Shown: piece by piece, positions 14,001-28,504 of the stretch | How positions within the stretch are numbered: position 1 is the stretch's first letter | Layout: each line of letters opens with the position of its first letter | Source: Ophelia neglecta | Lineage: Eukaryota | DNA length: 64,000 nt | Direction: 5' to 3' | Assembly (NCBI GenBank): GCA_965285935.1 | Contig: OZ260662.1 | Coordinates: forward strand, 26,536,001 to 26,600,000 | Position numbers and translations under genes: made by a program | Notes under the pieces: generated by a model | Seen by the model: the letters and a program-made list of their open reading frames with translations, nothing else | Databases searched by the model: none | What the model was told of the DNA's origin: nothing

Positions 14001-15570
14001 GTTGATTTTAGTGTACATATTAGTGTACATTTATGTGTACATATTATGCCAATAAACCTTTGTATTTTCACGATTGTAACATTGAAAATAAGTGCAGTAC
14101 ATAATATTATGTTCTATGTAATCATAATCCTGACTTGCCGCAATACCCACTCATAATGCCTTGTTTTCTCAGAGATATTATTACCCCTATCTTAGTAGGA
14201 CAGAACTATTCTGGCACTGAACCGGGCCCATCTGCCCCACCGCATGCATCTGCGATGGTATTGATCAGAGGGCCTGGTGCTTCTCCACAGGGAATGTTAT
14301 ACACTATCCTGCCTACAGTGGGACAGTGCCATTTCTGCCAGATTGTGCAATCATTTCAATAAGCGTGTGGAAGGGGGGGGGGGTTACACTTCAGCACGAA
14401 TGAAGAATTTTCTGACCAACGAATAATTTAAACGCATTTATTTGCACGCTGTACACATTTGAACCTCTCATATAAGCCCTAAACTCCCAATGATACATTT
14501 GCCATCATCAAATACATTTTTATTTGTTGATTTAATTTGTTATTTGTTGAAATATTTTATTCATTTGATTCAAGTTTTGTGCTGTCTTAATCTCGGGATT
14601 TTCCTCCGTCAAGGCTCAGACATTTGTGTAAAATACATTTTAATGTTCGGCTCATTTTCGATTCAAGATTATCCCCATAAAAGAGAAGCGCAGCTTGGGT
14701 GTGATATATGGATTCAAGCCAAGTAAGTGTCAAGCGCACAGCTCCTTGATATAAAGGGAACATTGTCGTCGTTACTTAATCCAACTCACAATGAAGCGAC
14801 AACGTATTCCCGGCAGAAACAAACAAATCTTTGATGAAGCATTCATAAAACTTACGCTGATTTTGCCCAGGTAGTTATGGTTTTTATTTCACATTGTCAA
14901 ACTGGACATTCAAGCAATGTTTGCAAATTTCGCGATTATCGCTTTAGTATTTCGATGGTTACCAACCAAATTTCTCGCAAAAAAGTAAGGTAAAAAAAAT
15001 TAGTTTTGGGGTATTTCGATACACTTAAAATGTGTTTGCATGCCATTTGCCATTTCCATAACTTCCACGTGATGCCTTTTTAGATATAACAAAACAAAGC
15101 TAAACGTAGGCAGACGTCTCAGTCTCTTTTTGTTGAATCTAATTGATTACTTTCTGCCGCTGAATCCGACCAACTACCTTTTAATTAAAAAGGATAGGCA
15201 CCAGCTTCTATAATTCTAAATTCTTAATTATACAATTTCCCTTATCAATGTGTTTTAAAATTGATTTATTCAAGATAGAGAACTTCTGATTGAAAAAACC
15301 CATCAACTGCAGTTTAAAAGGAAACCAAATTTAAAGCGTCGTATGGCATTCTGCACAGTTGGGAATCATTCATCATACAACGATACCAGCCTGGCCTAGT
15401 GGGAACTGCCTAATTTTGCAGTAGCAGCCTCTCTGGAAATATGTTCATGCATGCTAGATGCAAAAGAATTTGAGAGGCGTCCCTTACAGAGAAGCAAAGT
15501 TTAGCTATAAGTTATACTATTAATTTACAATTTTCAGAAGAATATTATCAGCCTTCAAGCATCCATTATA

Positions 15571-15737
15571 CAGTGAAACCAGGGAATTAAGACAATTGGA
15601 AAGTCTGGTCTGCTTATGGAGGCGGTCTGTTTACACAGGATATTTTATAATGAAAGTGTACATCATGGTCTTCATACTAGTAATCTGAATTGGCAGGTGT
15701 TCTGAACATAGAGGTGGTTTTAAGGCACGTTTTACTG
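15571..15737. mobile_element. Tc1/mariner (pogo/Tigger-like) MITE
   Basis: TA|CAGTGAAACC ... CGTTTTACTG|TA: a TA duplication, CAGT-starting imperfect TIRs and internal ggaggcggtc / agaggtggtt subrepeats; 167 bp. Confidence 0.65.
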
Positions 15738-15759
15738 TATATGATTTCGTAACGTTTTC

Positions 15760-16383
15760 CTATCCAGGCCAAATATTGACGGCCTTATCCACGTTTTCGT
15801 GACATCCAGATTGGACAGCCACAACTCGCTGTTGTACGGCTTGCAAGAGTACATGTTGAAGAATCTGCAGAGAGTACCAAATTCTTCAGCTAGGCTGATC
15901 ATGGGAGCCCGTATCAGTGACCAAATGACGCCAATGCCCTATGAACTTCATTGGTTGCATAGTTCCTGGACGATTCAAATCAAGATCTGTCTCTTGGTTT
16001 ATCAGGCAATTCATTGAATTGCCCCAATAAATATATCTCTTTGCTTACGCCATGCTCTCCTGGTCGCTTCCTTAGGTCAGAGGGCGTCGGACTTCTGGCT
16101 GTGACAATGGTTAAGACCAAAACATGTGAACAACGCTCATTTATATCCACACTAGAACCTGCATAAGTCCGGAATTTTTTAATGCAAGCTTAAAACACAT
16201 TATTTTAAACTAGCATATGACCTTAAATAAATTACAATTTTAATATATGCTATACTTTTTTGGTATTTAGCAGAAATTTATTCCTCTTTTGGCTCTTTAT
16301 ATACTATTGTGCTGCGCTGCGACTTTTGGAATAGTCGCATTAGAAATCTATTTTAAAAATAAAATAATAAAAATAATAATATT
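15760..16383 (+). mobile_element. 5'-truncated, decayed L2/CR1-group LINE (ORF2 C-terminus, 3'UTR, AAT-rich tail)
   Basis: Translation LIHVFVTSRLDSHNSLLYGL...LQRVPNSSARLI...DQMTPMPYELHWL...IKICLLVYQAIH matches the characteristic L2 ORF2 C-terminal pattern (SRLDYCNSLL..LQ.VQN.AARL..HITP.L..LHWLP). Ends in aaaataaaataataaaaataataat. Confidence 0.85.
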
Positions 16384-19300
16384 GCTCCGCCCGAATGATA
16401 ATAATTGAGTTAATAGTTATATCTCTATGGGCTAAGTCCGACGGGACGAAAACAGAATAAGCAGAAGACCCAACAAGATATCTATTTACTCACAATGCTT
16501 TACTACGTCGAATGTCCAGTGTTACTTTGTAATATTGTACACATACCACGCATCAACTATTCTGGTCAGTAATAACAACATCGCGGCACCAAGTGTGAAC
16601 CAGGCAGCTTTCAGTGTAATATCGGGCCTTTATCCAAGGACTCGCCCCTTAGTGTGCATATAATGCATGTGCTATGCAGATTTATGGTTGAAGTGCTAGC
16701 CTCGGTGTTTCATCCAGGGTGATCTGACTGACAAGCAATTGATGTATATGGAATGGGGAAGAGTGAACTGCTCTCGCGGGAGATCATTCCCAGATAGGAA
16801 ACGGAAGAAATTCTAGTCTCTTGGGATCTTTTAATCAAAGTCTGTATCCTTGAGCATTATCTACAAAATTCGGACTGCTTTGGAAACAAATGTGTGTCCA
16901 ACATTTTGATCAGCACTGTGGGTAGGAAAGTATCTGTATAGTAGATGGATGACAGGTCGGACTCAATGTAGGGAGGAAATACACAGTCTTCGTCCTGCTT
17001 TAAAATGTTTATTATAAAATTGCACTCATCCAATATTTCCGGTATACTTTAAATCAATAAGGGCACGTTTAAGCAAAGCTATGTTTTGGGGAGCTATAAT
17101 GATCGCATGTATGTAGATATATACAGTGTGTGCCCTAAATAAACGTGTATCATTCTTTATAAACACTTTTTTTTTAAATCAGTATATTAAAGTATTTATA
17201 ATGATATTAAAAGTTTACATGAACTCTATCATTGATTAATAATTTGGTTTTGTCTGCACGTAATCCACTCCCGTTTCTTGCATATGCAGACAATCTGGCT
17301 GCATCATCAGTGCTTGCAGTTTTAAATGTTTGAGAATAGAAACAATCAGGGTTATTTTCATATATGGCAGCAACGCATATAGCTCTTAAATGTAATTGGC
17401 ATAGGTTATATCAAGTATGGAACATAACCCACATGCTCGTTTATTCTCAAATTCTACAAATATTTTGTTGAATAAAATCAGGCGAGGTAAAAGTATTACT
17501 AATGTTAGTTCTCATAAATAATAACTGTAGCTGTACCTATTGGATGAATGAAAAATGTTTTACAAATTTAACAAAAAGAGATAAGCTTACATGGTTTATA
17601 CTGACATGACATATGACTCAAACAATACACAGGAGAATTAAAAGCCTTTAATATTAATAAATCATTAGGACAGAATTACTATTTGGACGGATTGCTTAGA
17701 ATGAACGAATTATCCATGACTTGACAAGATATCGGGATCATCAACAGACACATCAGCTTAACCCATAATTGACATATCCGGCTTTTCCATTAAGAAATCA
17801 GTTGCAGCCAAGTTGAAGACATATCGTGCAGTACTTCGTTTCCGATGCCATGGGATGGAGTGATTTCAGGGTAAAGTGTGTCTAACCATACATGGTAATC
17901 ACATAGACAAGGCCACACTTATACAGCTAATGGGATCAACGGGTCATAAACTCGAGCAATTTAACGGGGTGATTAATACGAATCGGTATTCCAGACCACA
18001 CTCCTTTCCATATAAACGAAAAACCTCGGATTCCATAAGCATCTCGGTGATTGTATTTTATTAAATGAAAAACACATTCCCACGCTAAACAGACGGTTGA
18101 GGTCGACAACCAATATATCAGGAACGGCATGTTATATATCATATATAACAGACTATATGTATCAAAAGTCTATTTGGGATTTGATTTGATAAAAGAAAAA
18201 ATACAAAAGGGTTTGTATTCTATGTAGCGAATGGGGAAATATGTTGCTAACGCGCATTTTATCCATTCCTTCTCTAGCTAATGATGTGATGATGTTATGT
18301 AGCTCCCCTCTTAATCAAAGATTCGTATAACACATTCCTGCATGAGTAATATGCACACACCCACCAATAACGAAGCATTCATGTTTTAGTGTGACTGAGC
18401 ATGTTGACCTGCAACAATTTTATTTTAGGGGCAAAGGACCATTGCTCTATGATTTCGGGAATGGATCAATCAAATCCCAAATCCATTGCAGTGTTTGACT
18501 TTGTAGGAGTCGAAAATTTATCGCAATTAGAAAGTAATCATCAATAGTCCAGTTCAGCAATTGCACGTCAACTCTCCTTAAACCTGAATGAAGCATTTTG
18601 CATCATTCCGCAAGACATCAAGGCAGATGAATGGTCAATTTATCTATATTTTTAGAAAACGCCTTTTTAAAGTTTATAACGGTGGGTCAGTTATTTTGCA
18701 CAAGGGATGCGTGTCTTTTATTGAAAAGGTAGACAGAAAGGCACTGGATCTGACGAAGAGTGGCGGCTTATTTATGGAACGCACATATCGCGCGAGTCAC
18801 GCTTTTTTGTTTGTTTTGACACGTCTGGCAATCCTACTTGATTCATTTTGGATTGTCGGTGAAAGCATTTGCTTCTCATGGGGCTAACAAGGACATCATC
18901 CTGTCGACAGGAGAAAGTTTGTCCTTTTTTTCAGTGCCTATACGTTGTATCGTGTCGTTACAGGCCCCAGCAGAAGCAATTAGTTGTTCATTTTAATCTT
19001 CCGTTATGCATGATTAAATCAGAACGGAGATAGATTTGGACATCCTGATATGAAGGTCCATAAACCCCAAAAAGTGGGTCTGTTAGATCAATAAATGGTA
19101 TGTGCCAAGACACTGCTTTTTGCCAAGAGGAAATGATAGGCAACACAATTTGAATATCTGATTTCAATATCCCAAATCTGAGTAGGGTTAAGTGTTCTCA
19201 AGGATGGTGTTTCATGAACAGCTGTTGCCAAACAATGTGAACCTCTATTGATAGCCTTTTCCAATTTGTAGTAATATGTAAGACTAATTATGTTGTAATA

Positions 19301-21319
19301 TGGGTTGTTTCATATAGGTAGCATTGGCGTGAGAGTTTAATTCCAAGAAACAACACGATCCAATGTTGCCGAAAGGAAATTGAAATGCACGCCATTTTTT
19401 TTTCGAACATAAACCATATTTCAGTCAAGCTGTATTTTCTTCTACGTGTTCATTACACGAAACGCAAGGTAGGATAAATTGGTAGTATTGATAATATTGG
19501 ATTACCTTCTGATGTGAAGGATGAGACTTAACCTATTAAAAATCTAAATGTTGATCTGACGATACTAAACAGTGTCACATCGGAACTATGAACCAACAAC
19601 ATTTTTTATGTGGAAATGTGAAACATTATTTCCAAAAATGTATTCATCGATTGAACCCATGAACCCCTGTTGAATTGATTGGTCTGTGTTGTATACTCAT
19701 CAATCGCCACTGTCATATATTATTATTTTTCCTCAAAACGTATATTATGTGTGTCCTATGTTTTCCAATATTGTGCGTAAACTATGCAAAACCTGTCAGG
19801 AATAATCAAGAACAATTGTAGAATTTATATTCCGATTGTCAATATTACATGAACCAAGATACTGCAATATTATGTGTCATCAAACATAGGAACTATTAAA
19901 CTCTAAGATCAAAGGTACTTATTACTTTACAGCGGTTTCATGATTATTTACTGGAGTAGGTTACACGATAATCGTTTTTGAATGGATGCTTAATGCTATC
20001 ATTTTACTTAACGAGACTGGATAGCTGAGAAACCATCCACAATGACTCTTGGCACACTTATTTGTTTTGAACATGTTAGTTACAACATTAGTCCAGCCAT
20101 CAAACGGTCACCAAATCAAGCGCTTGCGACGATTTAAAGTGTCAGCTATGGTTCAGTATCTTCTATCAGTAGAGAATATAGTTTTTTCGTATTTTATACA
20201 GCTAATACGAAGCATAACAAGATATTCACAGCCTAGCATCTATATGTTTAAGAGCTCTGTATCGAGGTTTTAACTTGAAAGAAACATTCATGTTACATGA
20301 CAACGAAGTTACGGAACGTCGTCCAAACTTCAGTTAAGAAGCAAGTTTCCCGCTGAAATTCCTATTATCAGCTTGCTAAATTAATGTTGAACATATATGT
20401 GATATGGAGTTCGAGGAGTTTTTAGTTGTGTTCATGTATTTGGAAAAAACATTAATTGTTTCTGACCCTCTTTTTAATTTGTTTGTCATCTGTTTGATTG
20501 CCATTAGTCTAGTGATGTTTTTGCTTCAGTTACATTCAAATGACAATTGATGTAATTTTCAGCGAGTATTTATCCTAATATACATTTAACCTTAAAATTC
20601 CACCCGTCTTTAAGAGCCATTATCATATGTGTCGCATGCGAAAAAATGGGAGTGGACGCCCGGAAGACAAAACTAAATTGTTAAATTAAGAACCATTAAA
20701 TGGGTCATCAGGAACCAGCAGTCGCAGCCTCACCAACATCTATCCCCAGCTCCCCTGCAGTAAGTCCAATTGTAACAAATTTAAGCATAAAAAAAATTAA
20801 AATCAATATCACTTGCATTCTGCGCAGTAGTCAACAGGTTTCCATGATGTTAGCCAACTAACCTTACATGCGAGCCAGTAGCCAAAGCGATGATGTAATA
20901 TGACCTATGGGATCCTATACTGAACTAACTGTCACATGAATTTGGGACTGTCCATTTCATTTTCAAGAAACACAACATTACAGAAGGATGTAAAAGATCC
21001 TTGCATTCTTAAAAGGATAGTGGTATTAAATATCATCAATGAAGCAATAAATTGTAAATTCAACAAGGTGAACGAGTCACGCCTTTTCCGACTTACCACA
21101 TGCAACTCAATAATTAAATAGGCCATTAAATAATCTATTTAATCGGTCCGAAATCACCAATCACCGGGTCACATGCCTCAATCCCCATATCCCATCAAAG
21201 AACAAAACAAATAAGTCAATGGTCAACGGAGGACAGGGATCATTATGAGAGAGTTTATGATGTTATTAGCTCTCTTAAAATTAAGAAACTACGAATGAAG
21301 TTGTCCTAATACACAACAC

Positions 21320-21720
21320 AAGATTTAAAAGGATGTAAAGGGGTCCCGACATACTAAAGAGGAACATTATCTTTAAAGGAAACTTTTTCCTTATGGGAGT
21401 TACATGCCTTCAGTTAAAGTCAGACAGAAAAGCACATGAGCTTGCACAGGACATGTCATGAATTATACACTCGTATGCTGGATAAATTGGTGTTTTATTC
21501 TATAGGAGTTGGAAACTTACTATTGGAAATATCGAAATAATGTCTTTTGTCATAGAGAACCGAACTTGAAACTCTATTTTTATGTTTACATAATAACACA
21601 TGCATCTGTAAACAACCTGCAGGGCTAGCAGGGATATTTAAAACTTGTACATTTGATGGATTAATTTCATTCACATATTGCTTGAATTGCTTTTAGAACG
21701 AATAGAAATTATCTATGTAC
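21320..21720 (+). repeat. Old dispersed repeat, copy A (homologous to 27470-27610 and 27920-28260; short copy at 20960-21025)
   Basis: Colinear blocks shared with 27920-28260: gaaaagcaca, tatgctgg, ggagttggaaacttactattggaaatatcgaaataat vs ggaatgggaagttacctattaaattgaaaaatcgaaatcat, acaacc...agggct. gaaggatgtaaaagatcct is identical at ~20983 and ~27475. Confidence 0.6.
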
Positions 21721-24700
21721 CTTAATGTGTAGGACGGGCAATAAAATTGGTATCGGTAAGTTTAGTGATATAAACGAAAGAAGCATAGTAAGTCCAAAAT
21801 TTAAATCGCTATGTTTCGACGAAGCACCCTACTTACCATGTGAAAAAACAATGTTATCGACTAAAGAAAAAGTAGTTAGACAATCTGGGTTACATTATAT
21901 ATATGGTAAACTCGACATTCATTATGTTAGAATAAGCATTTCTATTTCTTTCGCCAAGCCAAATTGATTATTTAATTTATGGATTTTGAGCGTAAAAACT
22001 GGAGGAGCGGATTTGCTTTTTTGTCGCCTCCGGATAAAATACATTCCGTTGATGTTTAGGTCGTAAAAATAATCGGGTCGGAATTTTCATTTTGACTCTT
22101 ATACGATCTTATAAAACAGAAGTGGAAATGATATTCCCTTCTTTGTCAGGGGATAACGGTTTAGTGCATATTGAAAATCTCATTAAAGTAGATTCAGTGA
22201 TAATATAAATATATCGAAAGCACGATTTACCGTTACGTCGAGGAATACGTAAACACTACTAAACAATACGCCGAAGCTTGTACATATACCCAGGTCCAGC
22301 TGAACTATAACAGATATCACCACATCATCATTTTATAATCATTGCTATGGGATTAAAACTGTTATTTTGCTGGAGTGAAATCATCAAAAGTTCACTACCA
22401 GCTAACAGAAATAGAGAGCATCTACTCTGACAAATTTCTTAGAATTGATGACTATAAAAAATGTGCGTACATTTTACCCAATATTTTTTTTTGAGAATCA
22501 TGAAATTAAAAACGAACCAATTCTTTAAAAGTTGCATTATAAAGAACGGAAAGTGATCAGCTACATATCCTCTTCGAAGGATTACTATCACAAACAATAA
22601 AGACAGATACCATCTGATGATAAACATGACCTTCTTGCTTTTGACCGATAGCGACAAAGCTTACTGCTCTGGTCTGGTTCAACTTATCACCGCGAAGGTA
22701 CTTCCTTAGGGATAATTAATAGCGCCTTCGTGTCAACATAAACCTATGGGGAAAGTAATTTAAAGCAACGCTAGAAACGAAAAGCAATCTAGATCGCTTA
22801 TATTAGCCAGCTTCAAAATGAGCTGAGACCAGTAATACTGAGTGAAGACTAATTTCGCCTGAGCTACGATAGGCATGGGTAACTTTAATGTTCATCTTGT
22901 AAAGAGTTACGTTTGTTTACAGATTAGGTTGGATTTTGGTTGGGAAATGTTTGCGAAAAGTAACCTCGAAGTTTGCTGGTGTTTGAATTTGCTTTTTTCG
23001 AAGGATATTTTTTCGAAGGATACATTCATACTGGTGTCTGCATTGTACCAGGTTATGAATTTTAGACTCTAAAATTCCCCATGATTTGATCTAATAAATG
23101 TAGTATTATAAATTATAACACCTCTACATCAGAACAGATGATTAACACTTCAGTTTTGTCTATGTGATTACGACTGCTATGCCCTGTTTAGATAATATAA
23201 AGTTTATTATTCTATATTTGCAGCAGCGCCAAGAAAAGAAATTTGAACCAAGGACCATCTGTCCATAATGTTCGATATTTGGAAATATATCAACTGTATA
23301 AGCAACATTAGTCTAATAGGAATTTTCCAGTAAAATATAATACAAATGTATACTCTTTTTACGCGAGTTATTGTATCAATTGTTCTATCATGTTCAATTA
23401 AATAAAGCTGAACGCCGTTCAGTACAGTATTAGAATCTATGGAAAGTGTACTGACTCAAACTCCAAAAAGACGGGCCATGAACTAAGCAAGCAGTCAGAA
23501 AAGGTAAATCTAACAACCTCTAATAAAGTGCATTCGGCTTGCTTGTCATAAACTATGGGAATTCATACAACGGAGAGGCATTGTAATAGCCTTCCTTGCT
23601 TCCAATTATACGTTAATAGCCGACTTTGGTACATAGTTTGTTTTGAATAATTGATGGACATACACAATGAATATACGATGTGTACCTATTACTGGACATC
23701 CCTCCGGATCCCCTTATTTAACTGTTGTCCAATTGCCTTCAATAAATGACTGTTATAAAGCAAATTGTTTGTTTACAACTCATGTTATGTATTTAGTAAT
23801 TCAGTAGTAATTTAATGCAACTTTGGTACCGCGTATTAAGACTTTCTCATTCCAACCGGAATGGTATTATGTCATTTATATATGCAAGAAACACCAAAAT
23901 ATAAAAGGAAATATCAAGACGCGATTGAACAAATATCAATATTATAACTGACTTGGTCATATAAGAATAACCACCCAAATTCACCTTTTTGGACATAATA
24001 ACTATACACTTTTTCCGCCCTTGTCAGATACACTGAATATGAAATTGTTTGAGTTTCACATTGCTTGCCAATGATCAGATTGGGACAAGTGACTGACAGA
24101 CAGGCTAAATTGATCTTATTTGTAATAACGTTTTAATATTCCTTTGGTTGCTCCTTCATGTATCCTAACCCGTACATGACTGTATTTCTGTGGAAAATTG
24201 AAGGGAAGCAGAAAAAGGTATGGATGCAAACATTTAAGAGGGACTTTCTTTCCTATAACCAAAATTACGCTTGGATTAAACAAGGCAGAATCACCCTGTT
24301 TCTGTTAGCATTCTGTATCACATAAAACAAACTGATTTTTGAAATGATAATGTGAACAAGTTTTGCTCAAATCTGCTTTTAAACAGGACATTGTCTTGGA
24401 AGCGAAGCCTAGCTACCATTGATGGTACCAGGAAACTAAACCGGTTTTATGACTAATTATCAATGTAAAGCAGGACTCTGCTTGCCTGTCTTTAATGTAC
24501 AAAGTGTTGCAGTAATTCAACGCAGAAAAAATATCCTTTTTATGTAGCATATTGTCACAACACTAAGTCTGCAGGAGTGCTCCCGTATTCGAAGTATAGT
24601 TTAAAAAGAAGTCAATAAGTCAACGCTTGCGGCCCCAACCGTCCTTGAGCTGATGGCCAATTAAGTGTAAGATTATCCAATTTCAGCTAATTCCTTTTGA

Positions 24701-27700
24701 TCGTATTATCTCTGTTTATTAGGAATTATACCCAATCAGCATTCTTATACGAAACCACGCATGGGTACATGTAATCCAAGCAATTCACGCTATGCTATCA
24801 TAGTCTTAACTTGCTGCGAAAATTCGGCTGTCGTTCGCAGTGTAGTTTGCCATCATGTATCCCCTTTAATGGGAAGAGAAATCAATCGCTGTAGAACTGC
24901 TAGATTTGTTTCAAGTTTGAAGCAGACTAGTGAAGCATTTAAACCTGAGCTTGTATGGTCATTTTAGGTTCTTCTTTATATCTCCTCTTTTTCCTGGAAT
25001 ACACCGATAAGGGGCCTACACCCGTCCACATATTTATTGGTTTGTGTTCTATAAATTCATGTGAATGATACGTTTGAAATGGTTATTATATTACATATAA
25101 CTCACAGGTATATTTTGACTTAAACTGATTTATTTTGCACTAGAAAGTGACCGTGAAAAAGAAAGAGCAGCACACAATCTGAGAAGGACCACGTCCTCTT
25201 TCAAACGATAACCACAAAACACTGCTTTACATTAGATCACGTAGAAAAGCACTCTTACACATGTTAAAATTTTCAATGTGACTTTTCTATCATAAGGTAA
25301 GTTTTATTTAAAGAGTTGGCATTTTGTTTTATATCTATAAACAAATGTCGTTAAAAGGTATACTTGCCATATGCAATATTGTGTTTATGATCAACAATTA
25401 TTATGAAGCGAAGCGTCTAACCTTTCTTCTTGTATTGACAATACCTGTTTAAATCTAATTGCAATGTTTTATTGCACCACAATTTTGAGGGAATATTATC
25501 AGCTAGGTGTTAGTCACCATGTTGGGACATTTATTCCCCACATTATTAAAACCTTTACATTTAAAGAAAGTTTACGGCTCAAACCAATTGTTAATCAGTT
25601 ATAGCGTGCAAAAATTGCATAATTCCCATTTGATAGTTATTGGCATAAGTTTGAAGTGACATGGTCTTCCATTGGCATAATTCGTCCCTTCCAAGTCAGT
25701 TACTCACAAGCTTCCAATCTTGCGTCGTTTAGAGAAACTGAACGACGGCATTGGGAACGATTAGTGGACGCTATATTATGGGGATTGATGCAAGATAAAT
25801 CCGCGCCCTCGAGGGGGGGGACCTGTTCACGGAGGAGGCGTCGCTGATGGAGCTATGCACATTCTGATTATAACAGTACAACACTGTCAGGCAGCGCCGC
25901 CTTATATTGAGCAAGGCAGCGACTCGCGGAGCAGGATATCATTTCTCGTGCTTTGAGACAGTACGTGGCACAAGACTAAGGCGGATGGAATACCTCTACA
26001 GTGAGTGTATAATATTCCATGTTCCTTAAATGTCGACGATTGCTTGTGCTTTATGTTGGTCACGGTAGACGAAGAAAGGTGAAGAATCATCATTAATCCA
26101 TTTATCAATAATTTCTGGATAATAGTTATTTGTATATCGGAACAGCCACCCGATACAACTCCCAACACCTTGATTGAGCAATGATTCAACAATAAGCAAA
26201 GCAATAATCTGTTATCACTGGATTACAACTCATGTTATGCTATCATAACTGTTACAGCAAGGTGTCCATTGTTAACGATGTGACATAAAAATGGCAAACA
26301 TATTGGAGTACCTCTTCATTCTTCGGTGTCTGAGAAACAGTGAGTACACGTTGTGATATTTATTTTATGTAAATTATGAGTTAATATCACCGTATGTATA
26401 TGGGGAACTGATAACGACTTAAACATCAAAACGCATATATTGTCACACTGTAGATACTTATTGCCTATAGCAGATTTAATAGAAGGAAGCTTCCGAATTG
26501 GAGACATTTAAACTCAGATGATAGAGAATAGCACTTTGATTTTTTTCTTACTGTTCGCTACGTCTCCATAAATGTTCTTTGTTTAATGTGTATTAAGGAG
26601 TAAGAACGATTGTTGTATTGTGGACAGGTGGCACTGCTCTGGGGTAAGTTATCTTTCTGAACAAGAGTAGAAGCTTTGTTTAAAGTCATAAACATGGTTA
26701 CGACCTCGCCAGTGACTTTTAGTAACTCCTTTTGCAAATTGTACTGTTAATACCTTTTCCTGTTCGCGAGCTCGTCCGCTAATGTATCAAAATACCTGAC
26801 AAATGACCCAGCTAGCTTCTTGTTTATAGAATGAATTAAAATCATACCCGTCACTTTACATCCAAACAACTTGATAGAGCACTGCCTTTTTGAAAAAAGA
26901 CCTACTTTCGTGAAAACGTTCATGCATGTATATATTTCTTGTTGTTTTTGTTGCATTCAATAAATAAGTAGAAGAACTATTGACATTAAGGCCTCCCCTT
27001 TGTCAAAGGGAGCAACATATTGGTAATAATGAGCAAATGTTCTTAATGAGCAAAAAGGAACTAGCGAAAACACGCTAAAGGCAATCTGAATCAGCTTGAT
27101 GTATATTGAGCTAAGTTCGTCGCTACTTGGGAATAGTTTTGTTGAGGATATGTGCACTTACCAGCAGGAGAAAATCGCGTCCTTCTTGACAATTAAGGCG
27201 TGATTGCATTTTTTTGTATTACCTTCAACACATTGAGATAAAATATACCCTTGGAGAGATTGTAATGGCCTACGCTCTCCAAAATATTGGAACTAATAAT
27301 GGTATGTTATTAGAACACGGGTCCCTGCACTTGGCTCTGCTTATGCTGTATGCCTGGCAGTGCCTTTCGCCGCGAGCTGCTTGAAACTGGGCCAGTGTAT
27401 GGCTATACTTTTTAACTCCCACAGTTTCAACAGTGCAGCGACAGATACCGAACTCCGATAAACGTTGGACAAGAGAAGGATGTAAAAGATCCTTTCACAT
27501 TAAAGAGTAAAGGGTATAAAATCTCCTCGACACTGCAGTAAGATGTTAACTATTTAAAGGGAGCCAGTTACACTTTTAATGTGACCGAACACGTGCATCT
27601 GTAACACACGGTGTTATATCAGTGTGAAGCAGATGCACATGGCCCCTAGTCATAGAATGATCGTAACCGATCACTCAAAGCCACTGTAGTCTCCTACTGC

Positions 27701-27919
27701 GTACGCAGCAATGGCATCGAGAACCTACACACGAGAAGTCTAAAGGAGAGGCATCGATCATATTTTTCCCCTTCCCGAGTCTGTTAAAATACTTAATCGG
27801 ATTCCACTAGTCCTCAAGGCCAGTGTTATAGATAAATATATATATAAAAATTGGTGGAATGTTTATCCGTGAAGTTAAAAATGTCCATGGGTTAGTAATT
27901 TGACACCAGGACCACGTGT

Positions 27920-28260
27920 CTCCCGTTAAAATGAGGAAGAAAAGCACAAGCTCTTATAAAGGCCAAAAGTCTCGAAGTGTACACCCCATATGCTGGGGAA
28001 ATAGGATTGTGACAAACCAGGAATGGGAAGTTACCTATTAAATTGAAAAATCGAAATCATCTCAATATAGTTTAAAAAAAAAGTGAACTTTAAAGGCTAT
28101 TTTGGTCTAGGAAAATATATCCAAATAAGAACAACCAAATAGGGCTGTCAGTTGTATCTTTAAGTTTTGTCAGTTGTATCTTTAAGTTCTACAAATGGTG
28201 GATAAATTGTACATATTTAACTGACGTATTTGCAATCAAATGTAAATATAATCTATATGC
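27920..28260 (+). repeat. Old dispersed repeat, copy B (contains a 22-bp tandem duplication at 28146-28188)
   Basis: Colinear similarity to 21410-21720; tgtcagttgtatctttaagtt occurs twice in tandem. Confidence 0.6.
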
Positions 28261-28504
28261 TCAAACGAATGAGGGAAATCCTCTGGCTATGTGCCACTTC
28301 CCACCACTTAGCAAACTAGTAATACAATCATATTCATAAATGAATAGAAATAAATCTGTAACCAAAAGAGCACACTTGGTCCCCAATATTGGAACACCAA
28401 TATTTTGACAAAACACCTCACTAAACACTTTGGCAAAAATGTTGTCTGTGAGGAACTAAAGCAGGTTAGAAGCAATGCAACACATCCGGTATGTTGGTGT
28501 GAGC

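Noticed and set aside
18455-18480. Pbx/Hox-like TGATTGAT site and other TAAT-rich words suggesting a homeobox-cluster enhancer or Hox miRNA
   Set aside because: Short motifs are expected by chance in AT-rich DNA. I found no homeobox exon, and no match by eye to miR-10 or other conserved miRNAs I could recall.
25144-25296. Candidate exon bounded by ttttgcactag and aag|gtaagt
   Set aside because: All three frames contain stops and there is no partner exon; not supportable without RNA data.
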